64,000 nucleotides of DNA from NCBI RefSeq assembly GCF_009834535.1, contig NC_045698.1, forward strand, positions 12,526,001-12,590,000, in the 5' to 3' direction. The stretch is from Camelus ferus. Its lineage: Eukaryota. A model generated the notes under the pieces. The model saw only the letters and a list, made by a program, of their open reading frames with translations. It had not been told where the DNA came from and did no database searches. Positions 10,755 through 22,465 of this stretch are shown piece after piece; the first letter of the stretch is position 1; every line of letters starts with the position of its first letter. Made by a program: the position numbers and the translations under genes.

Positions 10755-13700
10755 TTTGTCTCTTGATCAATGTTCAAGTCAGGCCTTCTCATTTAATTTA
10801 AGGGGGTTTGAGTGTAAGTGCATTTTTATGTCATTATGACTACTGATAATATGTTTTAAAATCTTTAAACAGCAACAAAAATTAACGTTATTTATAGTCC
10901 TGCCTATTTGCTCAACTTACTAATCTTCTAACAGAGTGGAAGTTTAGAAAAAAATCAACTCAGTTTTAAGAAAAAAGTATCTTTTCCCTTCTAAAAGGAA
11001 TTTTTGTGGAGGGGGGAGGGCATCCCTTTAAATAAGTGAACTTGTGCTTATAAAATGACATTTTTGTAAGTCCTTCCATCCCCAGAAGTTTGCCCTTTTC
11101 TTAAAGTCTGAGTCTAAGAGTGTAACATGTGTGTAAAGGGAAAATGGACATTCTGGAACACCCGTAGCATACTGCCTCCACCAGGCTCAGGCGATAGATG
11201 GTGAAACAGAACTGTGATAGACCGATCTGGACTTAAACCTTTGCTCCATGCCTTGTTTATTCCCTATATTGACTTGGATCAGTTCCTCCAACCTTCAACC
11301 TTCTTAGCTTCAGCTAGTTTGTGCCTCACTGGACGCGAATGATGTCTCCCTCCTGTTATGAGAAGGCTTCTCCAGGCACTGGAGTAATTCCTCCAGAAGG
11401 GGTGATAGTTACTGTCCTCTCCCTCCCTGCCCTAATCTTATAGCATTTTTGACACGTAGTGATTCTTTTGTTGGGGAATTTGTCTTATTTGTGCGTGGAC
11501 CGGGTAAGCTCTCTGCTGCCAGCCCAGGTTTGTCTCATCCACGGCTGGGTCTTCAGCATCTGCACCTCGTACGTCTTCAATGTCTAGTTACCCGCTGCCG
11601 GCGCCAGACAAAACACCGGAGCTCTTGCCAATGTGTTTAGCAGGCACCGTTTCTCCAGGGCAATACGTGCTGGGTGCTGTGGGAAGCAGGTAAAGTTAAT
11701 TCCTTGCAATTATATCCTTATACTGGAAACTAACACCGAATGGAAGATTTCTGCTTGGTATTTTACGTTCTCAAATATTGGAAGATAATAACTTTCTATT
11801 CAGTGAGAATCTCTATATTAAATATATCCAATATATATCCTCTTGAGAAGAATATGTACATTATACATTCCCTCATGTGTCAGGGGCTAAACTAGTAAAC
11901 CTGAGAGGGGAATTTTAGATAGAGAATTGGGCCCCGGTTATTATCTCAGTGATTGCTGTTCAATCAGAACTTTGTTAGACACAAATTATTAGAGAAATGA
12001 TGCTGTGCTTTGTGTCAGCTCACAGCTCTGTAACTAGATACGAGCTCACACGGGTGTTTGTAACTTGGCAACATCTGCAGGAGGGGGTCTTTTTCAAAAT
12101 CGCATTTTTCTACCTCTGAGCCTCTGGGGGTTTGAACTCTGACCGTGAATGCTGAGAATTGCCCTGTCTTCCATTGGTCATTTTGTATCATCTTTTAAAA
12201 GTCATCTGGATTTCTGAATGTTTGATTCTTAACTTGCGTTAAGATTCTGAGCATACAGAGGACTGGCCATCTGAGACGGCTTTGCTCCAGGGACCCTCCG
12301 CGCGGAAAAGTGCTCCAAGGGCTCGCTAAAGGATGTGGATCCTGACTTCATCCGTGTAACGATGTTATTGTGATGTTTTTGTTTGGTTCAGAGGATCGAA
12401 AACCGTGTTACTGTGTCTTCCTTCAGCTAGGGGAGAAATCAGTTGAATACCAGACTGCCCAGTGGGGTGTGTTCCTCTACTGTCAGGCTTTTGAGACCCA
12501 TTCGCCAAAGCTGAAACAGTCTCCCGGATGCCGCTTCTTCAAAAGGTACCCGTGGTTGGGAATCAGCTTTGATGTGGCCCGAAAGTTCCTGGGCGGGCAC
12601 TTAAGTCTGCTTTTGATGGAATCACCCCTCAGTCAGATTTAAGCAATGTGACTGAAATTGTGTCCCTTTTGGCATATAAGACAGTGGCAGGAATGAAGTT
12701 CATGAGTGCGGCTGAACAATGGCACTTCACATGTCCCAGATTTAACTTAAAAGAATTGGTCGAGTTCTTGTTAATGAGAATCAGGGGATAAGTGTAGTGC
12801 AGAGGATTTGGAAAATAGTTAGCATTTTTGTGGTCTCTTGAGCAGTGCCCCACTGTTTCCTGGAAGAAAGACATCAGTGAGCAGAGAAATTGTGACCCCC
12901 TTTGCATCTGGGACACCACGAAGCTGTCTTAGGCATAGACTGGCCGGGAGCCCCAGGGTCATGAGGTTTCTGTCTTGTTCTCAGTTACTTATGATTATTG
13001 CAGTTGAAACATTGAAATATTCCAGATCTGGGATGGGGAACAGATGGTTTCATGCTAGTCAGTATTCTAGTAAATATATTTTAGATGGTTGCGTGCAGTC
13101 ATACTGTTAGAATTCTCACTTCAGCTATAAACGCAACAGTCTCTCTGGCACACACTTAAATTTAGCTGTTGTTTGTAAACTATGAAAAGACCACGTTCAC
13201 ATCCAGTGTCCATTACCTGGAGAAAGTGACCAGTAAATGTGTGTATCAGCAGCCTCTGCTGTGACTTCAATCTGTTGATCTGATTTGAAAACAATTGCAT
13301 CGTATAAATAGAAGGGGTTTTTTTTCCCCATCATATGTTATGGTGCTGGATAAGGATTTTGTCACTAAAATTTATTGCCAAATGTCAGTGCACACGTGGC
13401 ACGGATTCTACAGTTGACGACGTTGCGTAAATTTCAATGGGAGGTTATGTCTGCAGAGTTCGACAGTTCATTATGTTATTCAATGTTTATTCTTTTTTTC
13501 TTCCCCGCCCCCGCCCCCTAGATGTTTATTCTAAGATTGAGCATTCTCATTGCATGAACTAGAGGATTAACAAAACCAAATTCAGTCACGGAAGTGTTCT
13601 TTCCACCTCAGAAGGAAGGCACAATGCAATGTATTGCCTGCAAGATGTCCGTAGCTCCCAGCCCGCAGTCCAGCGTGGCGCCCTCAAACAAGCATGACCA

Positions 13701-14012
13701 TGGGGGCCCACATCAAACAGGAGGGCACCGGATAACCAACACCATCAGACCTTGCTATAAATACATGCCACATTGCAATTGTGCTTCTTGAATAGCTTTT
13801 AAAGCACTTTTATATCTTGTTGACCTTTTTAGGCCTCCTTGATTACCTTTTTCTAGTCTCATACCATCATTCCACAAGTTCTAGCCTCTCTTACTCCACA
13901 TCATAGTCAACGTTAAAACACTTGCATCCCAAATTAAGTATAATGTGCGTAACTATACATCTCTGTGTTGAACTGTAGCAGCTCACTGGCATACTATTAC
14001 TGTAGACACATT

Positions 14013-14320
14013 TGTCCTAGTCCATTTGGGCTGCTGTCATAAATACCATAGAGTGACTTAAACGGTAAATATTAATTTCACTTAGCTTTGGAGGCCAGAA
14101 AGTCCAGGCTCAAAGCACCAGCAGATCTGGTGTCTGGAAGGGGCAAGTAACTCTCTGGGGTCGGTTTTATAAGAACACTAAACCCATTCACCAGGGCTTT
14201 GCCTTTTTGACTTAACACCTTGAAAAGACCCCGCCTCCAGACACGATCTCGTTGTGGGTTAGGTTTCAACATGTGAATTTTGGTGGGGGTAAGGAGGGAG
14301 CTAATGCTCAGTCTACAGCA
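14013..14320 (-). mobile_element. MaLR LTR (MLT1A/MST-like)
   Basis: tagtccatttgggctgct...gcagatctggtgtctgg...ggttaggtttcaacatgtgaattttgg. Confidence 0.8.
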
Positions 14321-15286
14321 ACACAAACACTTACTAGTTAAAATCTGGAGTCTTCTTTTTATTTTTTGGAGGCTCTATTTTATTTCTTTGAGAGCTCAAG
14401 TTTTTAGACTTTCCAGGGCCTTGGGAGCTCAGACACCCTCACCCTGTGCCTGCAGCGGGGCCTGACGCAGGAACCATCCCTGTGGCTGGCCTGCGTCGCT
14501 TCACCTCTTGGTGGGTGGGTCTGACCTCGTCGGGTGCGGTACCAGTCTTCCTGAAGCCTTTTGTTTTTCACCTGGAAGAAAATTTGGTGACAGGTGAGAA
14601 GCCGTCTACTCCTGTCTTGTGCAGGCCTGTAGCAACAAGTCAGAGCTGTCATCCATACCCTTGAGTTGCAGTGTTCAGGCCCTTGGACATGGTAGTTCCC
14701 TCCTGAGCTGGGGACCAGCGAAAGTCTAGATGGATGGGATGAAAACTGATGTGGACTTTGAAAAGCCAAATTCAGTAACTAGCTCCCAGAGACCCTCTCT
14801 GTCCTGTTCAGTCAATGCTAAGGTGGTGTCCCAGTACACAGTTTTTGAACTCTACTTAAAATTACTCTTTGCCTTTTTTTAACTTGTGTTTATTTTCTGT
14901 TATGTTTTGTATAAATGGTGCTTTTTCCATACTAACACTTCTATCTTTGCTTTGCTTCTCCCTGCCTCATTAATTTTTTTTTTTTTTTAACCCACAACTT
15001 TTTTCTTGACCATCTTTAAGGCTTCTCATTCAGGTGTGTTCCTAGGGTTCCTGTTTGCTTTTGCTTCTTGCTAAGACTCACTGCTGCTAGTGTTGTTTGG
15101 TCCATCTGTATTAAAGTACACCTCTTTTTTTCAATTTGATATACATTCTGCTTGACTATAAAAAGTTAAGAAATAGTCATGGTGGGAGGAAGTCATGTGA
15201 ATAATTTATTGCCCCATGTGTTGAGATATTTTATTTTAACCTGAACTTTTGGTGCCTAAAGTGATTTTGAGAAATCTACCCTCTCT

Positions 15287-15470
15287 TAGTATTAGTTTTT
15301 GCTGCATAGATAGAACAGAAAATCCAAAGTTATAATGGCTTAAATGAGAGGGAAGTGAATTGCCTCTTACACAAAGTTCCAGAGGTGGGCCCTCTCCCGC
15401 GCTGATGTGGTGGTTCAGTGGTGTCTTTCTGTGCTCATGATTAAAAATGGCAGCTGGAGCCCCAAGCTGT
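15287..15470 (-). mobile_element. Old MaLR LTR fragment (MLT1J/K-like)
   Basis: gctgcat...aacagaaaatccaa...tggcttaaa...aaaatggcagct pattern. Confidence 0.5.
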
Positions 15471-15566
15471 CTTTCTTTAGAAGAATTTACAACACTTCAG
15501 GTCATATTTTGTTTGCCAGAACTTGGCTGTGGAATTATGAACAGTTTTTAAGCAATTGGATGTGAG

Positions 15567-15626
15567 AATGGTGGTGGTGGTACAGATTGGTCCACAATGG
15601 TGGTGGTGGTACAGGTTGGTCCACAA
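15567..15626 (+). repeat. 29-bp tandem duplication
   Basis: aatggtggtggtggtacag(a/g)ttggtccac x2, one mismatch. Confidence 0.92.
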
Positions 15627-15739
15627 AGACCCATGTGTATCTGCCCAGGCAATGAGGGGGAATGGTGGTTCTAGTCTCATGAATGGGAACGCAGGAAAAG
15701 GAGTAGGTTCAGGTAGGTGGGAAAGGTAGCAGTGAGCTC

Positions 15740-16000
15740 ACCTGGGGAGAGCTTGAATTTGAAATCCCCAAGGGACATCCATATTGGGTCAATGGTACAC
15801 TCTGTGTGCATGGCTGTGACACTCAGGAAGTGACAGTGAGCTGTAGGCACTTGGGATCCTCAGCATCCCAGAAAGCTCTTGAAACCGTGCAAGTGGGTGG
15901 ATCTCCCAGGTAGAACGAGGCCTAATTGATGAGGTGCAAAGGCGATGCCCCCATGGACCTTTGAAGGAAGTCGTGGACAGGAGAGAAACTTAGGTGGAGG
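15740..16000 (-). mobile_element. L2 fragment
   Basis: ttgaatttgaaatccccaagggacatcca...ttgggatcctcagcat...ttgaaaccgtgcaagtgggtggatctcccagg. Confidence 0.6.
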
Positions 16001-16266
16001 GAAGATGAGAAAGATAGGTCGGGGGAAATGAAAGGAAAGCAGAAGCTGTGTTTTCTTCCGTTTCCCTTTCTTCATTGTTTGATATTATGGCAGCGTCCCA
16101 ATGATGTGCGTTTGAACTTCAGAGAAGGCCAGGCCGGATATCATCGGAAGGGTGTCACAAGGCCATGCCCTCTGCTTGAGAGGCGTATTGAAGTCTTTGT
16201 TGTCTGTTTTAAATGTTACAAATAAATCTTTTCTCATAAATTGGATATTATCCCTATTAAAAAAAA

Positions 16267-16513
16267 TTTATTTTATTTTTTTATTGATGTGTAGTCGGTT
16301 TACAATGTTGTGTTAGTTTCTGGTGTACAGCATAGTGATTCATATATATATATATATAAATTTAATATTTAAATACATATATAAATATAAATGTTCACAT
16401 ATATTTATATTCCTTTTCAGATTCTTTTTCATTATAGGCTATTACAAGATATTGAATCTAGTTTCCTGGTCTATACAGTAGGACCTTGCTGTTTATCTAT
16501 TTTATATAGTTAG
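16267..16513 (-). mobile_element. L1 3'UTR end (cetartiodactyl-type)
   Basis: tacaatgttgtgttagtttctggtgtacagcatagtgattca...ctatacagtaggaccttg, with an internal (TA)n tract. Confidence 0.88.
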
Positions 16514-16514
16514 T

Positions 16515-16640
16515 TTCTCATAAAGTGGGTATTATCCCCATTTTATGCTTGTGAAAAAACAGGCTCACAGAGGATGGGAAACTCTGTGCCATGCAGCAGA
16601 AAGGAGTGGAGCTCTGACTTAGCACCCAAGCAGGTTTTTT
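16515..16640 (-). mobile_element. MIR fragment
   Basis: gggtattatccccattttatg...gaaaaaacaggctcacagagg core. Confidence 0.7.
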
Positions 16641-16974
16641 GGTTCTGGTCTGGCTTTTGTGCTGTGGCACCAAGCCTCCTGAGACTGGCTTGTCCAGAGT
16701 TTTTGACCTGGAAGTGCTGTGTTGATACAAAACCTAAGTCTCTTTGCTCTTGGGCAGTCAGAATACAGAGAATAAGTGATAAGAGGTTTAAAAAAAAAGG
16801 CTATCTTGTTTCCCAATCTTAAAACATTCCCATGTGACATTCTTCTTTACTGATAATATTGTTGCAGACCGAAAAGGGCCTGATTAATCTTTGCAGCATC
16901 TTTTAAGCTTGAATCACACTCTCATCTGATTAGAACCGAGTCACTGGTTAAGTATGTTCATCCAAGACTCTAGA

Positions 16975-17640
16975 CTGGGGTCAGCAAACTTCTTCTTAAA
17001 GGACCAGGTAGTAAATATTTTAGACTGTCGACTGAAATAAATGCATAGCCTAAAAGTTGAGAGTTATGTATTTGGCGGGAGGACTCAAGCTGGGATGACA
17101 GCCTCTCAGATCGCTCTGAGGGACTGCACCCAAGAGGTAGGGGAGGAACTAAGATATATAGGAGCTTTACAACAAAGATCAGGTAGTTGGAACAATAAAA
17201 GATTCCTTGTTGTCTAAAGAAAACCAGGCATCTCAAGTTAAAGAATTTAGTGCTTTTCTATGTATGGGAGGAAGCAAACATTTGGGCTCATTGAATTCAT
17301 TCCTCTGACAAGCACCTACCTATCTAGGGCCAGTATCCTGTCCTTTCTTACCCTGAGTCCCCTCGGGGTGCACCATTGTGAGTGGCTGCAGAGGCGGGGC
17401 TGCAGGCTTGTCTTCCCTGGGGTGTGGGGCAGCCCCCCCCCCCCATGACTTGATGGTTTTAGCATTCTTTGTTTACTGATACGGTTTGCAACATTTTTCG
17501 GTCACAAGACTTTGCCAGCCCTACAATTTCCCTCACAACTACCCAAAGCTTTTGCAGCGTTGAAGGGCGTGGCTGTGTGCCAATTAAGCTTTATTTAAAA
17601 AAAATAACGACAAGCAGGTGGCCCAGTTTACTGACCCCTG
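16975..17640 (-). mobile_element. MER58A-like hAT-Charlie element interrupted by the ERV1 LTR
   Basis: TIRs ctggggtcagcaaac and gtttactgacccctg; internal aaaggaccaggtagtaaatattttag and gggcgtggctgtgtgccaattaagctttattt. Confidence 0.85.
17026..17506 (-). mobile_element. ERV1 solo LTR (MER41-like, cetartiodactyl), 481 bp
   Basis: TG...CA ends with short inverted termini (tgtcgactgaaa / tttcggtcaca); 4-bp TSD AGAC at 17022-17025 and 17507-17510. Confidence 0.85.
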
Positions 17641-18354
17641 CTCTGGGAGAAAGCTTCATTCTAGAATTTCTGCTTTTAATCCTGCAAGCAAAATTATCTG
17701 ACAAAATTGTGAACATAGGCAATTGTTCCTTTTCATTTTCAGAACTCCAAATATTGAGCACATTTTGTTTTTAAAACTAACTTAGCTCTGTAATGAACTT
17801 TTAGATGTGTAATGACAGTTTTGGAAGAACAGCTGCAAAATATGAAATGAGATTCCTTATTTGGTTCTCTATTTTGTTTTCTCCTGGGAGTCCTGATGGA
17901 ATGCTGAATTATCAAGGTCCTTCCAGATCTCTCAGAACAATCCGTATCTTTCAAGTCAACCCCTAAATCATGGAGACGCTTGGTTACCAAACTTGAGGCA
18001 TTGAGTTGCTTTGATCGTCACCCACGTGTACCCCAATATCTGTGGCTGGAATCTGTGCCTGTGAGACAGTTGGGACACTTTCATTCTTAGCAAAGTTCCC
18101 TGCGTTTGCCTCACCAATGATAAGCCCACTAGCACATTCAGGGGGCTTTAGGGAACAGAAAAATCCTTGACCATTTGTTACTTTATCTCCTGATTTTTAT
18201 TTGTATTAAGCAAATAGATGTATGTAGCTATTTTAGAAAAGCATTTTTCTAAAAGTGCAGTTTGCATGTTGATAGCTTCCTGATAGGTTCAAATTGCTCA
18301 TCTGCAGTTGTATGGTAGGTGAGTTTTTGGTAACAGGAACTAGATGGAATTTTT

Positions 18355-18545
18355 TTTTCCTTTTTCAGTTTTATTACATAGATTTATTACAGTCAGACTA
18401 CAATTATACATTATATTGTATGTAAATACATATACAGTATACTGCACATTTTATTTTAGCTTACATATATGTACTGATTGTTTCTAAGAACAGATTAGAG
18501 TTTTAACTTTTTAAACTTACATAGTTATCAAAGGAATAAAGCCAT
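18355..18545 (-). pseudogene. Short retroposed copy of the 3' end of an unidentified poly(A) RNA
   Basis: 14-bp TSD tagatggaattttt at 18341-18354 and 18546-18559, TTTT/AA endonuclease site, poly(T) on +, and two minus-strand AATAAA near the tail; does not resemble the L1 or SINE ends in this window. Confidence 0.75.
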
Positions 18546-20568
18546 TAGATGGAATTTTTAAGGGAACTGTCTTCTTCCCATGAAAGAACAAAGTAAGAGG
18601 ACTTGAGCATCTTGTATGCAAATAAGTGTTGATTATGACAAATGAGGATAATTAATTCAGAAAAGACTCATAAGCAGGTTCTTGATTCTTTTTATCAGTT
18701 AGTTCTCATTTACTTGTAATTGAAAAAGCACATTTTTACTAAAAATCATTGTAATCCATCCTTCAGCGTTCATTTAAAATTGCTCTGTCCCTCCCAGGCA
18801 AGGCAGGCCGCGTGCGTTGTATTAACACAGGATGCATCTTCGGTGAATATCCCTTCCGCCACTGTTAAATGCTGTTTCTCTGTTTGGCCTTTGGTTTTCC
18901 TCATGACTTACAGGAAATAAAATATTTCTTCTCGTGCAGAAGGTCTTTGAAGTTAGAGTGACTGGAGGAACTGAGAAGACGTGACAGGGTTTGGCAAATC
19001 CTCTGTGTAAGTCTATGATAATCACCTGTGACAGTCAAATTGTACTAATTCCAAATAAAAAGAGACAATTTTGGCTGAGAAGATGGTTCGGATTTTAGTG
19101 TCACTTGCTTTCAAAGCTGCGTCATAAATGGAAAAATCTGAATAAGTAAAGCAAGGTATGTTGATAGACATGTTCAGTTTACAATGGTCCTTCAGTATGT
19201 AATGAAGAACTCAATATGCTTTGAATAACAGATTTTAATTTGGTAAGATTGGCAAAGCCCCCATTTGAGTCATCACAAAGTGAGAACCGTGTGATGTGGA
19301 ATAGGAAACTTGTCCTTTACACCGTGCTTGGTGATGATCCCTAAGACATTTTAGGCTTGGATTGGTAAGAGGTCCGGTATTAAAGTGGAGAGAATGAATC
19401 TTAAAGCCCCGTCGGAGTTGAGTGTCCTTATTTCAGTAGGTGGCACGTGGACAGCCTATTTCAGTTGATACCGAAAGAAAAAAACGTGTTCTGACACAGA
19501 TCTTTATCTTCATAGATGCTCCCTCTTTTTTGGATGCTCTCAGGTAATTTCAACTCACCTTCTCCTTCTTTTTAGCCTACCAACTGACAGAAGGTACAGC
19601 TTTGATTTTTCTTCATGTTGCATTATAATTTATTCTAATCAGCAACCTATTTATTTATTTGCTTATTTGGACTCATTACTGATTTGGACAAGTGAACTGT
19701 TGGGGACGCGCAAAGTTTTCTGTATTGCTATTTATTGTAATAGTGTTTTAGACACATGCGAGATGAAGTAGTTCGATCCCTTTGTTTTACAGAAAAACCC
19801 TGTCAGTCCAGAGATGTGAGGGAGAGGTGGACAGTCACAGGAGCTAGAAGATGCCGTTCTAGCAAAGATTCTCCTTCCCTTTGGCTCTACTTAATCTATT
19901 TTAGGTCTCGTGGTAGTGACATAGTAAAATAATTCACCCACTTAATACTATAATAAGTTCACTAGGATTTTCCCGTTCAAACAGACCCATGAGTCATAGC
20001 TGAGTGCTGCCTTGCAAGCTTGTATTCTGCACTCTCCTTACATCCAGGGGTTCCACGGTATCTGTGGTACCTGGGCTAGTCTCAGGCTGTTGTGTGTTTT
20101 GAAATCTCTTGCCCCATGCTGATGCCCGGTATAGGTCAGGAAATGTTGTAATGGGTTCCCCGCTCCCTCTGATGCTCTTACAGGGTAGGAAGTTGAGGGA
20201 GTGCAGGGTTGGTGGTGGGGATGAGCAGCAGAACCCTCGGGATCTTCACTGAGCCTTAGTTTTTCCTGCTTATGTGAATCCACTAAGCTTGGTTGTGTGC
20301 AGTCCACCTTCTGTTTTAAAGGGACACTGCGTTGGCCTTTGACTTTCTTATTAAGACAGTCCACCCCTCCTCAAATGTCTCTGTCACAACTTCAGGATTG
20401 CTTAAGACTCACGCTGCCTCTGGCATATTCCATTTAGCAACGTCCTACAGACCTGAGTACATTTATAGACAGTGAATAGACAGCCACACGGAGGAGACGT
20501 GGGCTGAGTGCATGGGATACGACCCTTGGTCTCCTAGTGAGCAGGAATTTGTGTCTGACTGAGTGGCT

Positions 20569-20701
20569 CTTTTTTGTTAGTGTTGTCATTTTGGGTGGGG
20601 GGTAATTAGGTTTATTTATTTATTTAATGGAGGTACGGGGCATTGAACCCAGGACCCCGGCATGCCAAGCCTGTACTCTACCACTGAGCTATACCTTCCC
20701 C
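20569..20701 (-). mobile_element. tRNA-derived SINE (Vic-1-like)
   Basis: Reverse complement gggaaggtatagctcagtggtagag...cctgggttcaatgcccc plus the aaacctaattacccccc tail. Confidence 0.9.
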
Positions 20702-20863
20702 ACAACTGACTGACTCGTGGAGTGTCTGTCATTGACACCTAAAGTATCCCTTGTCCTCATTTGTCTGGTCTGAGCGTGCCTCTCCACCCCCACCTTTCAG
20801 CCCTCCACTGTCAGCAGCTCTCACCTTGGTCCATGTCTCAGACAGTTCACAAAAAACTTGAAG

Positions 20864-21153
20864 GAACAGACTCACAGACATAGAAAACACACTGTGGTTA
20901 CCAAAGGAGAAAGGGTGGGGAGGGATAAAACAGGGGTTGGGGATTAACAGACACACATGACTATATACAAAATAGATTAAAAAAAAAAAAGGACCTACTG
21001 TAGAGCACAGGGAACTATATTCAATATTTCTTATAATAACATAATGGAAAAGAATCTGAAAGGAAAAAAATATACACGTGTGTATATGTTTAACTGAATC
21101 ACTTTGCTGTACACCTGAAACTAACTACACTTCAATAAAAAATTACAAAAAAC
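20864..21153 (+). mobile_element. L1 3'UTR end, sense to BASP1
   Basis: acagactcacagacatagaaaac...ggacctactgtagagcacagggaac...AATAAA (21134-21139) and an A tail. Confidence 0.88.
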
Positions 21154-22297
21154 AACAGCTTGGACTTCTCCAGGAGAGCCTCATTAGCAAAGATCTGCTC
21201 TAACTTTTGCAAAATAAATTGACTTTCTGTTGTAGTGTACTTGTTAAAGTAACTTAAGCTGTATCGGCAGAATCCAGCCCAAAAGCTAGCACGTGCTGTT
21301 ACCTTTGACCTTTTGAGGAGGCGTGATTTTTCCTGTGACCTAGACAGAGATCTACGGGCAGTAACAATGTTCCCGTAGATTTGAGTGCTCAGTATAATCC
21401 AATTAAATATGTACATTATTACAGCTCATTTGTGGAAGGATGAAAAATTGCAGACCTAAGGGATATCGTTCTAGTCATGTGTATTACAAGTGACATAACC
21501 AAGCCCTGGGGAGTTACAAGTGGCTTGTTTAGCGTAAGCAGCTGGTAGTGGCCGTGGTGAGACTCAAGCCCAGACTCAGGTTCACAAAAGCAGGTACAAG
21601 GAATTGTGTTAGTTCCTTTTCCGAGGAGACTGATTCAGATGAGTTAATTGTGTGGCTTGAGCAGCCCGAGAGAGCCTCCGCTGAGACATTAACTGGGGGC
21701 CCTGTTTTAAGTTCCACTTGTCAGGATGGTATTTATCACCTGGTCAGCAGGCCGAGATCTAACGTGATGTTGGTGTGTCTCCGAATGCAATGCTACATTC
21801 CCTAGTGGTTCCCTAATTCCAAGAAAAATGCTCATGGATATGGGCCTTTGGGTTTCCTTAACTTGCTTTTCTGAGCCTATAGGAAAAAATTAAAAAGTGT
21901 CTGGCTTCTCGCCTGATTTATTTACTTAATTTTTTTTTTGCTAAGATTGAGGAAGGATATCTGGTTAATTATTTCCTTTCCTTTGTGTTTAAATGTATTA
22001 TTTTATAACTGTGGATGAAAAATAAGATATTCCTGGGGAAAAGGTTTATTGATATTTACACTTTAAAACTGTTATTGAACTCTAAGCAGGTGAAATGGGC
22101 AAAACAGAGTATTGTGTGTGGCCCTTTGCTGCAGCCTCTCAATTGAAAGCAAGATGGAAACAGAGTTAGGAGAGACTCTCCCTTTCCCAAGGTTGTTTAA
22201 GGCCCTTCTCCCTTTTGATTTTCCATGCAGTATTTTCCCATGTACGCTGGGCTCACTCGGTGTTTGGTGTTCCTGGTTGGCATTCATCTTTTTCCAG

Positions 22298-22465
22298 CGT
22301 TACTGAACTCAAGTTCAGCTGCTCACTGCTCAAAAGCCAATCCTCGAGAGACAGGTGTTGGTTGGAAAGGAAAGGTTGCTTTGTTCAGGAGGCCAGCAAC
22401 CTGGGGAGAAGGCAGATTCGTGTCCAAGAACCAACATCATTCTCACTGTTGTAAGATTTTGCCTG
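22298..22465 (-). mobile_element. Truncated ERV LTR fragment
   Basis: (t/c)gttactgaa...aaaagccaatcctcgagagacaggtgttgg...ctttgttcagga resembles the reverse-complemented U5 end of an ERV1 LTR. Confidence 0.6.
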
